From NCBI GenBank assembly GCA_000960865.2, contig JZWU02000009.1:1-49946 (forward strand): a stretch of 49,946 nucleotides of DNA. The letters run 5' to 3'. The position numbers and the translations under genes are program-made. The stretch is from Vulcanisaeta sp. AZ3 (GTDB lineage: Archaea; Thermoproteota; Thermoprotei; Thermoproteales; Thermocladiaceae). The notes beneath the pieces were generated by a model. That model saw only the letters and a list, made by a program, of their open reading frames with translations, was not told the DNA's origin and made no database searches. This document shows positions 9,883-19,143 of the stretch, one piece after another. Within the stretch, counting starts at the first letter, position 1. Every line of letters begins with the position of its first letter.

Positions 9883-9933
9883 GTGATGAGGCTTCACCTA
9901 ACGGAGTACTGTGAAGAGTGACTCCATTACTGA
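9883..9933 (+). ncRNA. C/D box methylation-guide sRNA
   Basis: C GTGATGA (9883), 12-nt guide GGCTTCACCTAA, D' CGGA, C' GTGAAGA (9911), 12-nt guide GTGACTCCATTA, D CTGA (9930-9933). Confidence 0.85.
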
Positions 9934-10398
9934 TTATTCTATGAATACCGTGGTTCCCATGTACTTGGCGCTCCTAACTGCTGGTAATCTCCTTGATAAC
10001 TTAACAGCAGCTTCCACAGCCCTCCTGGCATACTCCTCAGCCCTCTCCAAAGCCTGCATCCTACTTGCCCCGGGCCCTATTATACCCATGCCCACAGGCT
10101 TCCCATACTCTACTGATAAATCCATTAGCTTCCTAGCTGTTTGATGAGCAACTAATTCATCATGCTTAGTCTCACCTTGAATCACAGCACCAATGACAGC
10201 CACCGCATCCACATCTTCCTTCTTTAGGAGTTCCACGACCATCAATGGCATGTCGTATGTACCAGGAACCTTAACCACATAAGTTACCTCGGCGCCCAGA
10301 AACCTTGCATGTTCAAGAGCCTTTTGCAGCATTAAATATGTCACATCATAATTAAACTCCGCAACTACAATGCCCAGCCTAATCTTAACTGTACTCAC
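9934..10398 (-). CDS. ribH: 6,7-dimethyl-8-ribityllumazine synthase
   Basis: [25 protein letters not shown] motifs. Confidence 0.95.
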   Translation of the reverse strand: MSTVKIRLGIVVAEFNYDVTYLMLQKALEHARFLGAEVTYVVKVPGTYDMPLMVVELLKKEDVDAVAVIGAVIQGETKHDELVAHQTARKLMDLSVEYGKPVGMGIIGPGASRMQALERAEEYARRAVEAAVKLSRRLPAVRSAKYMGTTVFIE

Positions 10399-10498
10399 AG
10401 ACCTAACGTTTGCTACATTAATTTAACTTTTATCTATGGCGTAACCACGTTATGGGTCTCAAAGAACACATTTATTTACAGGAAGCACTATTACTTTA

Positions 10499-11809
10499 GT
10501 GGAGAGCTTCTCAAGACTTTGGATTTGGAGGTATATTAGGGATCGACTACCTTGGTACTACGAGGTGGCAACGAATAGGAGACCGGCTAAGTACCTAATT
10601 GTCTCAAGGATTGGTGTTAACATTAACCTAAGGGATGCAAGTGAGGGCGACCTATGGAGAGAGTTTGATTCAGCAGTTAAAGAATTCCTGGAGCTTTGGA
10701 GTAGGATTAGGAGAGGTGAGGTGGATATTAGGAATATACCCAAGAAAGAGCCGTCCCTACTTGACTTGATCACTGAACTAACGAGGAGAATGCTTAGGCA
10801 TTGTGAATTTTGTGAGTGGAGGTGTAAGGTAGATAGAACTGGCGGCAAGAGGCTTGGTGTATGTATGCTCGATTCCACGAGTAGGGTGTCTACCTACTTC
10901 CATCACTTAGGTGAGGAGTTACCACTCCGTGGTACCATGGGCTCAGGAACAATATTCTTCACATCATGCAACATGAGGTGTGCCTTCTGCCAAAACGCAG
11001 ACATAAGCAGGGATAGGCTTAACGGAATACCAGCAGACCCCAAACACTTAGCCTCAATAATAACCATACTAAGGCTTGAGGGAGTTCACAACATCAATTG
11101 GGTCGGCGGAGAACCCACCCCGAACCTCCATAATATAGTTGAGGCAATAAACATGATTGCAAAGTATGGTGTCAAGATTCTAGACGAATTAAGCGATGAG
11201 GAGTTCGAGAAAATACTCTCTGTGAAGGCTGACTTCCTACCCTACAATTTCAACAAGTCCTGGGCCTTCTACGGTGATGAGCTTAACGTACCGATGCTTT
11301 GGAATAGTAACTTCTACATGACCATGGAATCCCTAAAGATTCTAAGGGCTCTCATGGATATATACCTACCAGACTTCAAGTACTTCAGTAATAAGTGTGC
11401 ATTTAGAATTTCAAGGATACCTAGGTACTTTGAGGTTGTTTCAAGAAATCATAAGATAGTTTATGACTGGGGTGAGGACATAATAATTAGGCACTTAGTC
11501 TTACCAAACCACATCGAGTGCGATACAAAACCCCTACTCAAGTGGATTGCTGATAATATGCCCGGCGTACTCATAAACATAATGAGTCAGTACAGACCCG
11601 AGTACGAGACAGACCCAGAATCAAGACGCTTCAACCCACAATTTAGCGAGTTAGCCAGGAGACCCACTAAGGAGGAGTTAATGGAGGTCTATAGGTATGC
11701 CAAGGATTTGGGACTTAATTTTGAATTAATTAGTTTTGAAGGAAAGGTCAATATCAAGTATCTAGGTGACCCTGATTCACTTATTGATAGACTTAATGGT
11801 GAGCTGTGA
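10499..11809 (+). CDS. Radical SAM protein, PflX-like
   Basis: CEFCEWRC, HHLGEE.PL.G..GSGTIFF, CNMRCAFC, YLPDFKY, IRHLVLP. Confidence 0.85.
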   Translation: MESFSRLWIWRYIRDRLPWYYEVATNRRPAKYLIVSRIGVNINLRDASEGDLWREFDSAVKEFLELWSRIRRGEVDIRNIPKKEPSLLDLITELTRRMLRHCEFCEWRCKVDRTGGKRLGVCMLDSTSRVSTYFHHLGEELPLRGTMGSGTIFFTSCNMRCAFCQNADISRDRLNGIPADPKHLASIITILRLEGVHNINWVGGEPTPNLHNIVEAINMIAKYGVKILDELSDEEFEKILSVKADFLPYNFNKSWAFYGDELNVPMLWNSNFYMTMESLKILRALMDIYLPDFKYFSNKCAFRISRIPRYFEVVSRNHKIVYDWGEDIIIRHLVLPNHIECDTKPLLKWIADNMPGVLINIMSQYRPEYETDPESRRFNPQFSELARRPTKEELMEVYRYAKDLGLNFELISFEGKVNIKYLGDPDSLIDRLNGEL

Positions 11810-11846
11810 GATTACTAATACTGAACTGAAATAGACTGAGAAATAC

Positions 11847-12905
11847 TTAATCAAGGACTCCCTCCTCAGTAATTCTAAAGGTAACTTCTCTCTCTGGGTG
11901 GTATGGGCTATCGAATATCTTTGCTATTCTAATGTTTTCCTTACCCTTCCTTAGCCAAACCCTATATGTGGCTCCGTGAGCAATTACATTACCGCCAGCT
12001 GGCTTAAGTGGGTTTCCGAAGAATACATCGGGTTGTGCAATTACTTGATTAGTGACCACAACTGCTATGTTGTAGATGTCTGCAATCCTCAGGAGTTGGG
12101 CTATGTGGTGATTAAGTTTTTGCTGCCTCTCGGCCAAGTTCTCTCTACCTGGGTATTCACTTCTAAAGTGGGCTACTAATGAGTCGATGATTATTATACC
12201 TATATTCTCCTTCTCAATAATTTTCCTGCTCTCATCAATAATCATCGCTTGATGATCACTATTATACGCTCTGGAGTATAGTATATTCCTAAGCGCCTCC
12301 TGCGGATCTAAGCCCCTATACTTGGCCATCTGCATTATCCTCTCTGGCCTGAAGGTATTCTCTGTATCTACGTAGAGGGCCTTAGCATTCAGCCCTCCTT
12401 TATCCTCAGGTAGTTGAGCCATGACACTAAGTTGATGGCATAGCTGGGTCTTACCACTACCAAACTCACCAACCAACTCCGTAATTGCCTTAGTCTCGAT
12501 ACCACCACCTAATAATTCATCTAATGACTTAACACCTGTACTTATCCTTCTAATACCGCGTCTTTTCTCATAAAGCTCATAGGCTGTTATAAATTGTGAG
12601 AGGCCAATTAACTTTTGGGCAGAGGCTATTATCTGCTTAGCTCTATCCTCACTACCCAATATATCAGCCAGCTCCTTAACACTAGCAAACGCCACATCTC
12701 TCACTGTATTATAACCAGCCTCCCTAAGCTTCTGCGCCGTAACCCTACCAACACCCTCAATTTCCTCAACATCAATCGTCGGATAACCACTACTAACTGT
12801 AGCGGTTACCGTAGTACCTTGCTCATCTTCCTCGCTATTTTCCTCTGCTGGTTCCTCTTCCTCAACTTCCTCCTGATCCTGCACTTTCTTTCTCCCCTTA
12901 GCCAT
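11847..12905 (-). CDS. radA: DNA repair and recombination protein RadA
   Basis: Walker A GEFGSGKTQ, DTENTFRPER, LAERQQKL, HhH N-domain; acidic N-terminal extension. Confidence 0.97.
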   Translation of the reverse strand: MAKGRKKVQDQEEVEEEEPAEENSEEDEQGTTVTATVSSGYPTIDVEEIEGVGRVTAQKLREAGYNTVRDVAFASVKELADILGSEDRAKQIIASAQKLIGLSQFITAYELYEKRRGIRRISTGVKSLDELLGGGIETKAITELVGEFGSGKTQLCHQLSVMAQLPEDKGGLNAKALYVDTENTFRPERIMQMAKYRGLDPQEALRNILYSRAYNSDHQAMIIDESRKIIEKENIGIIIIDSLVAHFRSEYPGRENLAERQQKLNHHIAQLLRIADIYNIAVVVTNQVIAQPDVFFGNPLKPAGGNVIAHGATYRVWLRKGKENIRIAKIFDSPYHPEREVTFRITEEGVLD

Positions 12906-12955
12906 TCTCTTCTTCAGTTTAATAAATGACTATTATTTAAAAAACTGTGGCTGCT

Positions 12956-13116
12956 CTGACTTTTCTTCCCGCCCTAGGGAGGTATGTAGCTCCTTTTTTG
13001 TTTGGGGCTCTTCTCTCGGTTCGACTGCAATGGTTCACAGGCCATTGGAGAGGTAATCGCGAAGGTAGGGCTCTCGTTCATATATCAAGAGGTGGGAGGA
13101 ATCCTTAAGGTCTTTT
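12956..13116 (-). mobile_element. Putative degenerate non-autonomous IS200/IS605-family element (ends only, no tnpA/tnpB)
   Basis: On the minus strand it starts right after TTTAA (13121-13117), has GGATTCCTCCCACC near the left end, and ends CCTCCCTAGGGCGGGAAGAAAAGTCAG. This resembles, from memory, archaeal IS605-type right ends (hairpin + GAGGAAGTCAG). Confidence 0.55.
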
Positions 13117-13121
13117 TTAAA

Positions 13122-13736
13122 TCATCGAGAACCACCCTTAAGTCTAAGCCAAACATAGAGGCAGGTTTCGCGCCAAAGTCTATCAATATCATCACCCCCC
13201 TCATCAATCACATGCTTAAGCAGTTCGAGGGCATTTTCATTACTGATAATAGGCTTAACATAGGCAATATCATCATCATAACCACATGTAGCCTTTAACA
13301 ACTTATCAACAGCTCTCTTACCGATAACTCTCCTTAACTCATCCCATGAATAACCAACGTAACCCAAGGACCTATAGAGATTATCAGCCGGTTCATTACC
13401 AAACCAAGTAGTTGCAATGTACATATCACTATCAGCACATGCCTCCTCCACCGTACTCATCAGAACTTTACCAATACCTAAGCCCCTGCACTCCTCAGTG
13501 ACTGCTATGTAGTAAATAACGCAGAGTTTAATAGAACCGACAGTAATCGGGTAGTAAATCGCAGCACCAACACTTAATTCATTTATTACGGCTAGAGCTA
13601 CGGAACCAATTCCATAATCAACAACTGCCTTCGCATATCTATATGCAGAACCAAAGAACTCCCTTAATATCTCCCCAGCCTCTTCCATTAATTCATCATT
13701 ACCTACCAACACAGTAATTGAGCCATTACAATTCAT
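13122..13736 (-). CDS. GNAT family N-acetyltransferase
   Basis: IAVTEECRGLGIGKVLM (motif A) and N..A..LY..LGY (motif B). Confidence 0.85.
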   Translation of the reverse strand: MNCNGSITVLVGNDELMEEAGEILREFFGSAYRYAKAVVDYGIGSVALAVINELSVGAAIYYPITVGSIKLCVIYYIAVTEECRGLGIGKVLMSTVEEACADSDMYIATTWFGNEPADNLYRSLGYVGYSWDELRRVIGKRAVDKLLKATCGYDDDIAYVKPIISNENALELLKHVIDEGGDDIDRLWRETCLYVWLRLKGGSR

Positions 13737-13840
13737 GAAGAAACACCATGATGGAATTACTACAAGGCACTTTAATACTGACCCTAGGCAGAGTTAGTGA
13801 TTAACAACCTTATCACTAGACCATTAATGAATAAGGCTTG

Positions 13841-14329
13841 TTAGACTCTTCTGCCACGTCTACCTCCAGGCGGTCTTATGGTATCTGTAGGTATTGGTGT
13901 TACATCCTCAATACGCCCAATTATTAAGCCAGCCCTCGCCAACGCCCTAATGGCTGCAGCAGCGCCAGGACCTGGGGTCTTTGGTCCATAACCACCTGGC
14001 GCCCTGACCCTTATGTGCACGGCATTTATACCCCTACTCATGGCCACTTGAGCAGCTTTGTACGCAGCCATCATAGCCGCATATGGGCTTGGCTTATCCC
14101 TATCAGTCTTAACCACTTGTCCACCGCTAACCCTAGCCACAGTCTCTGCACCTGTTAGGTCCGTGATTATTATAACCGTATTATTATAACTAGAATACAC
14201 ATGAGCAACCCCCCACCTAAGCTTCCTAGCGCCACTAACCTGTGTTGGCTCAATACTGGGTAACTGCACTGGTTGAACCTGTTGCTCCTGCATTTCCCTG
14301 GTCTCTTCTTCACCGCCTTCCTGTGACAT
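13841..14329 (-). CDS. rps11: 30S ribosomal protein uS11
   Basis: [37 protein letters not shown]. Confidence 0.97.
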   Translation of the reverse strand: MSQEGGEEETREMQEQQVQPVQLPSIEPTQVSGARKLRWGVAHVYSSYNNTVIIITDLTGAETVARVSGGQVVKTDRDKPSPYAAMMAAYKAAQVAMSRGINAVHIRVRAPGGYGPKTPGPGAAAAIRALARAGLIIGRIEDVTPIPTDTIRPPGGRRGRRV

Positions 14330-14378
14330 TCAGGATTTTGGAAACCTTCATCTTTTAAATTTTTGCCTTGGAAATGAT

Positions 14379-15107
14379 TTACTTGTTTTTCATACTCTCA
14401 ATTATGTCCATTAAATGACTAGTACCAACTCTAAACCTCATTGGGTCAGGCTCTCTCTCAGCAGCTCTCATAAGCTCGAGCACTTGCTGATATGTCCTTA
14501 CACCACCTGCAACCTTAATGCCGATCCTCGGATTGTACCTTCTCGATAACTCAGCCATGAGTTTTACATTATCGACCTGTGCTCCAGTCCTATTACCAAT
14601 CCTCTCCGCATAATCCTTTTCCTCGAATCCCGTACCAGTCTTTATGAAGTCGGCCCCTGACTGCATTACAATCCTATAAAGTTCGAGCTTCTCTTCCCTA
14701 GTTGTGTAGGCGTCCTCAACGATTATTTTTATTATCTTACCCTCCTTATGTGCCGCCTCAACTACGGAATTCACATCGCGTTCAACCTCATCCCACATAC
14801 CAGACTTCACAAGTCCAATGGGAGCCACGATATCCAACTCATCTGCATAGTGAGAGTATCTCATTATAGCATCGATCCTAGCCTCTGTAGTGCCAGCGCC
14901 GAAGGGGAAATCAACCACGGCATTAATCTTTAAACTATAACCCTTACGACTAATGTAATCCTTAGTATGGCGTAGAAATAATGGATTTATTGTTATCGCA
15001 TAAGCGCCGTACCTTGCTGACTCATCGATTAATAATTCGAGCTCCCTTATCGATCCGTATGGACGTAGGTAACTACTATCTATTAAGCCAATTATGTTTG
15101 TCTCCAT
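14379..15107 (-). CDS. deoC: Deoxyribose-phosphate aldolase
   Basis: VVDFPFG, ADELDIV, ADFIKTGTGF, IKVAGGVR. Confidence 0.92.
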   Translation of the reverse strand: METNIIGLIDSSYLRPYGSIRELELLIDESARYGAYAITINPLFLRHTKDYISRKGYSLKINAVVDFPFGAGTTEARIDAIMRYSHYADELDIVAPIGLVKSGMWDEVERDVNSVVEAAHKEGKIIKIIVEDAYTTREEKLELYRIVMQSGADFIKTGTGFEEKDYAERIGNRTGAQVDNVKLMAELSRRYNPRIGIKVAGGVRTYQQVLELMRAAEREPDPMRFRVGTSHLMDIIESMKNK

Positions 15108-15198
15108 CTAATACTACCTTTCAATTTTTATTTAAATCCTTTTTCTCTTTTCAGGATATGTAAAGCCTTATATTTAATTCATAGTTTCATCAGCAAGT

Positions 15199-16383
15199 AT
15201 GAGCGAGCCTGTAATTAGGTCTGTAAAGATATTAACAGTGATGGGCAATTTCGAGTGGCCCATAGTTAAGGTTGAGTTAAGCAATGGTTTAGTTGGTTAT
15301 GGGGAGTGCCATAGGGGTCCAGGAATTAAGGAGATATTGCAGAGAGCTGAGGAGCTGATCAAAGGTAAGGAGGTTAATATTGAGTACCTACTTAGGTTAA
15401 TTAGAAAGCACATACCAAACTCTGAGTGGGGTGTTGTTAATAATGCAATAAGTGGTTTAGAAACAGCTCTGTGGGATTTAAAGGGAAAGATTGTTGGACT
15501 ACCCATATATGAGTTGCTAGGCGGTGCTGTTAGAACCAAGGTGCCTGTCTATGCAGATCTCCATGCAGGTGCGGGAATAATGGAGACTGAGGGCAAGAGA
15601 TGGACTGAATTAGCAAGTACAGAGGTCGCTTATAATGTTGAGAATTACATAAAGAGGGCTAGGGAGGCCATGGACATGGGGTTCAAATACATAAAGTTTG
15701 ATGTTGATGTTCCCGAGGAAATGATGGAGACGGAGTTCGATAGAACCTTCGGCATGAGGATTGTTAAGTTCGTAACCTCCTTCATAGGCGGAGTTAGAGA
15801 GTCTGTTAAGTACGACGTTGATATAATGATCGATGGACACTGGGCCTTCAGCATCCCCACGGCATTAGCAATAGCGAAGGAGTTGGCTAAGTATGATGTA
15901 TTCTGGTTCGAGGATCCAGTACCGCCGGAGAATATAAATGCCATGAGGGAGGTTAGACTTAAGTCTCTCGTACCCATAGCTACGGGAGAAAAACTCTACA
16001 GACTGGCGCAGTTCAGGGAGTTAATTGAGGGGGGTGCCACGGACATAATACATCCCGATGTGCAAAGGCTAGGCGGCTTATTAGAGGCGAAGAAGGTGGC
16101 TTATTTAGCTGAGGAGTATTACGTACCTATTGCCATACACAACATATCAAGTCCAATTGGAACCATGGCAGATGCCCATGTGGCAGCTACAATAGGGGAT
16201 TTCATAGCCATTGAGTGGCATGCAATAGACCTACCCTGGTGGCCTGATATGATTAAGGAAGGCATGATAATAAAGAATGGTCATGTGGAATTGCAAAGAA
16301 AGCCTGGCCTTGGCGTTGAGCTAAATGAGAGGATTGCCGCAGAACATGCAAAGGATCCAAGTGAGGTTAAGGAATTCCTATAA
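15199..16383 (+). CDS. Enolase-superfamily (mandelate racemase subgroup) sugar-acid dehydratase
   Basis: ETALWDLKGK..GLPIYELLGG, KxD, metal ligands in MID / FEDP / TGEK, AIHN. Confidence 0.85.
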   Translation: MSEPVIRSVKILTVMGNFEWPIVKVELSNGLVGYGECHRGPGIKEILQRAEELIKGKEVNIEYLLRLIRKHIPNSEWGVVNNAISGLETALWDLKGKIVGLPIYELLGGAVRTKVPVYADLHAGAGIMETEGKRWTELASTEVAYNVENYIKRAREAMDMGFKYIKFDVDVPEEMMETEFDRTFGMRIVKFVTSFIGGVRESVKYDVDIMIDGHWAFSIPTALAIAKELAKYDVFWFEDPVPPENINAMREVRLKSLVPIATGEKLYRLAQFRELIEGGATDIIHPDVQRLGGLLEAKKVAYLAEEYYVPIAIHNISSPIGTMADAHVAATIGDFIAIEWHAIDLPWWPDMIKEGMIIKNGHVELQRKPGLGVELNERIAAEHAKDPSEVKEFL

Positions 16384-16411
16384 TTAAATGCTCCTATAAG
16401 TAAGACATTTC

Positions 16412-16461
16412 ATGATGAGTGAGCTCCAAACATGATTTAATGATGAAAAGAACCGGACTGA
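16412..16461 (+). ncRNA. C/D box methylation-guide sRNA
   Basis: C ATGATGA (16412), guide GTGAGCTCCAAAC, D' ATGA, C' ATGATGA (16440), guide AAAGAACCGGA, D CTGA (16458-16461). Confidence 0.85.
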
Positions 16462-16770
16462 TTATTGCTGTGTTGGTACCATGGATAATTTAGGCTTAAC
16501 TGTCTGTTTCATATAATCAACGAGGTTTGCTTCCTCAATTGCCTTTAACACCTCCTCATCACCGGCACCCTTCTTAATATTGACCTTATACTCTGTAGGT
16601 TCTATATGTTTCACATTAACAACCCTCCTCCTAACGCCAGTGAGAGACTTAGGCCCCGTGATTATTACAAAATTCTCATCTTTAATATCCACAATAACAC
16701 CCTTCCTACCAGCCTCCCTACCAGCCACCTTAACCACAACTCTACCAATATCAAAAACCCTCGGCATCAA
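16462..16770 (-). CDS. rpl14e: 50S ribosomal protein eL14
   Basis: IGRVVVKVAGREAG...VIVD...FVIITGPK.LTGVRRR. Confidence 0.95.
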   Translation of the reverse strand: MMPRVFDIGRVVVKVAGREAGRKGVIVDIKDENFVIITGPKSLTGVRRRVVNVKHIEPTEYKVNIKKGAGDEEVLKAIEEANLVDYMKQTVKPKLSMVPTQQ

Positions 16771-16833
16771 TCACGATTAAAAACAAGACCTTTATAAGCA
16801 TTTCATGTCAATTATGCATTAGGGTTTCAACAT

Positions 16834-17472
16834 TTATGTTATTATAAAATCATACCCAAGTTCTCTCCTTGCAATACTAACTTTATGCTTAACCTTACTT
16901 ACCGAATCGACTAACCCCCTAATGACTCCCTTCGTCATTGGCATACCAACATCCTCATCAAAGGCTCCGCCAATTGTTATAACCATCGCATTAGGCGCGA
17001 ACTTAATGCCAATAAACGTTAAGGCATTCAATGCCGTTAATATCCTCAGCGATGCATATAATGCATCTCTAAAATCCCTAAATGAACTAGTTAATTGTCT
17101 CATTAATTCCTTACCATACTCATAACCAAGAGCCTCCAATAAACCTGGGTCTCTCTCCATTACATAGAAGAGTATGGCGTTCATGAAGGCCACCTTAATG
17201 AAGCCCAAGAGCTCTAGGGGCTGACTAATAGCACTTATAGAACCTACACCATCCACACTACCTACTTCATTGATTACTTCCTCCTTGACCTCACCCTCAA
17301 CCTCAATTAAAATACTCCTTTGACCACCAACAATACTCTTGATATTAAGGTTATGTAATCTAATGTGATGAGTAACATCATTAAGTAATCCAGGTCTATC
17401 CTTAGCAATCTCAATCAATACCCAACCCACATCCCTAATACTTATTGCGTGAAAATTAAGGATTTTCTCCAT
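16834..17472 (-). CDS. ACT-domain + V4R-like small-molecule-binding protein
   Basis: ACT signature KDRPGLLNDVT; C-half LGYEYGKE...TKGVIRG. ATG 17472 chosen to avoid overlap with the divergent thioesterase gene. Confidence 0.7.
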   Translation of the reverse strand: MEKILNFHAISIRDVGWVLIEIAKDRPGLLNDVTHHIRLHNLNIKSIVGGQRSILIEVEGEVKEEVINEVGSVDGVGSISAISQPLELLGFIKVAFMNAILFYVMERDPGLLEALGYEYGKELMRQLTSSFRDFRDALYASLRILTALNALTFIGIKFAPNAMVITIGGAFDEDVGMPMTKGVIRGLVDSVSKVKHKVSIARRELGYDFIIT

Positions 17473-17520
17473 AGACCTAATAAGCAATTTACTTATTAAG
17501 TAATGGTCCTCCAAATAGTG

Positions 17521-17922
17521 ATGCCATTCAAGGCTAGGTATTACATCTATTGGGCTGACACTGATGCGGCAGGCATAGCTCACTTCACATCATTCCTAAG
17601 GCTTGTGGAGAGGGCTGAGGAGGATTTCTACAGACAGAATGGCGTTTTACATTATCACTCGATAGCGCCAAGGAGGGAGTTATTCATATCTTACACATCA
17701 CCATTAAGGAGGGGTGATGAGGTTGAGGTTGAATTATGGCTTGATGAGGCTAGGACAAGGGCTATTAGGTATAGGTTCAGAATTATTAATATAACGACTA
17801 GTAGGGTAGCTGCTGAGGGTTACTTAGTATTCACGTGCATATCCAATGAGGGTGGAGAATTAAGGGCTATTGAATGCCCTAAGGAGTTAATCAATACTTG
17901 GAAAAGGACATTAGAGATTTAA
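17521..17922 (+). CDS. Hotdog-fold acyl-CoA thioesterase (4HBT/YbgC family)
   Basis: WADTDAAGIAHF and YTSPLRRGD motifs. Confidence 0.88.
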   Translation: MPFKARYYIYWADTDAAGIAHFTSFLRLVERAEEDFYRQNGVLHYHSIAPRRELFISYTSPLRRGDEVEVELWLDEARTRAIRYRFRIINITTSRVAAEGYLVFTCISNEGGELRAIECPKELINTWKRTLEI

Positions 17923-19025
17923 TATTCAAGATACCTCACATCAAGTGATTGATCATCGAACCTAATGGGATTCCTAACAAGCATTACGTCACCCAACTCT
18001 GAGTGCTTGATTTTTGTCATTACGTACTTAAGGACATACTTATCCCTAAGTATGTCAGAGATATCATAAACAGGACCTGCAGGTATGCCATTGCTCAGGA
18101 AAAGCTTTACCCAGTAATCTCTATCCTGCGTTAAGAACACCTCTTGTAATATCTTCTCAAGTTCACCCTGCCTCTTAACCCTATCAGGATTTGTCTTAAA
18201 CCTAGGATCATCAGCTAAGTCCGGTCTACCAATGACCTCGCAGAACCTCCTCCATATCCTATCATTACCCACGGCTAGTATGAACATCTTACCATCCTTA
18301 GCCCTGAATGCTTGGTAAGGTGCAAGAACACCCATGTATTTTGTACCCAGAGGTTTAGGTATGGTGTTAGTAAATAGGTAGTAAAGTATGTGTATGCCCA
18401 TTGTATAAAGTGCCGAGTCAAGCATCGGCACGGTTATCCTAACCCCCCTACCAGTTCTATCCCTAACCCTCAAGGCTGAAAGTACTGCTACTACGGAGAA
18501 GAAACCCGTAATAATATCAGTGATGGGAATACCAACCTTTACAAACTCCCCATTTTCACAACCAGTCACACTCATTAACCCACTCATTCCTTGAATAACA
18601 ATATCAAAGGCTGGATAATCCTCATACTCACTACTTGGCATGAAGCCCTTTATGGATACATAGATTATCCTCGGGTTCAACTTACTGACAGTCCCATAAT
18701 CAACACCAAGTCTTTCCGCAACCCCAACCCTATAATTCTCAATAATAACATCAGCATCCCTAATAAACCCATACAACCTCTCCCTATCCTCCTCCCTCTT
18801 AAGGTCAAGCCTAACAACATGCTTATTCCTATTCATGGCTAAATAATACGTACTAACCCCATCCCTGATCAAGTAACCCCAAGTCCTCGTCATATCACCA
18901 TCAGGAGACTCAACCTTAATAACCTCAGCACCCAAGTCACCAAGTATCGAAGTCGCAAAGGGACCGGCCGCAGAGTGCGTGAGATCAACAACCTTAACAC
19001 CCTCAAGGGGAAGCCCAATTGACAT
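17919..19025 (-). CDS. Family III CoA-transferase (CaiB/BaiF)
   Basis: PLEGVKVVDL, AGPFA..LGDLGAEVIKVE, NRNK, ENYRVG, catalytic Asp in ITDI. Confidence 0.92.
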   Translation of the reverse strand: MSIGLPLEGVKVVDLTHSAAGPFATSILGDLGAEVIKVESPDGDMTRTWGYLIRDGVSTYYLAMNRNKHVVRLDLKREEDRERLYGFIRDADVIIENYRVGVAERLGVDYGTVSKLNPRIIYVSIKGFMPSSEYEDYPAFDIVIQGMSGLMSVTGCENGEFVKVGIPITDIITGFFSVVAVLSALRVRDRTGRGVRITVPMLDSALYTMGIHILYYLFTNTIPKPLGTKYMGVLAPYQAFRAKDGKMFILAVGNDRIWRRFCEVIGRPDLADDPRFKTNPDRVKRQGELEKILQEVFLTQDRDYWVKLFLSNGIPAGPVYDISDILRDKYVLKYVMTKIKHSELGDVMLVRNPIRFDDQSLDVRYLEY

Positions 19026-19143
19026 ACGCAATACAGTAAATGAAACTCCTTATTAAAAGTACCTTAATTCACAATATAGTTCCAAGCCAAAGTTCAAGGC
19101 ATTAAACCTTTAAATGATAAGCAGGCAAGGCATAACATTTTGG

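Noticed and set aside
11796-11838. Three CTGA copies between pflX-like and radA
   Set aside because: No properly spaced C/C' boxes.
13002-13298. 98-aa plus-strand ORF, and a 35-aa minus-strand ORF starting at 13081
   Set aside because: The first overlaps the GNAT gene in antisense; neither has a recognisable motif. The interval is better explained as an IS-like or structured element.
13795-13850. Degenerate C/D-like pattern and 7-bp inverted repeat (TAGTGAT/ATCACTA) after rps11
   Set aside because: All four boxes deviate from consensus and there is no CTGA D box; at most a terminator hairpin.
13841-16770. rps11 and rpl14e outside ribosomal operons; unlinked 5S rRNA
   Set aside because: Operon dispersal is ordinary in Thermoproteales, so not treated as novel.
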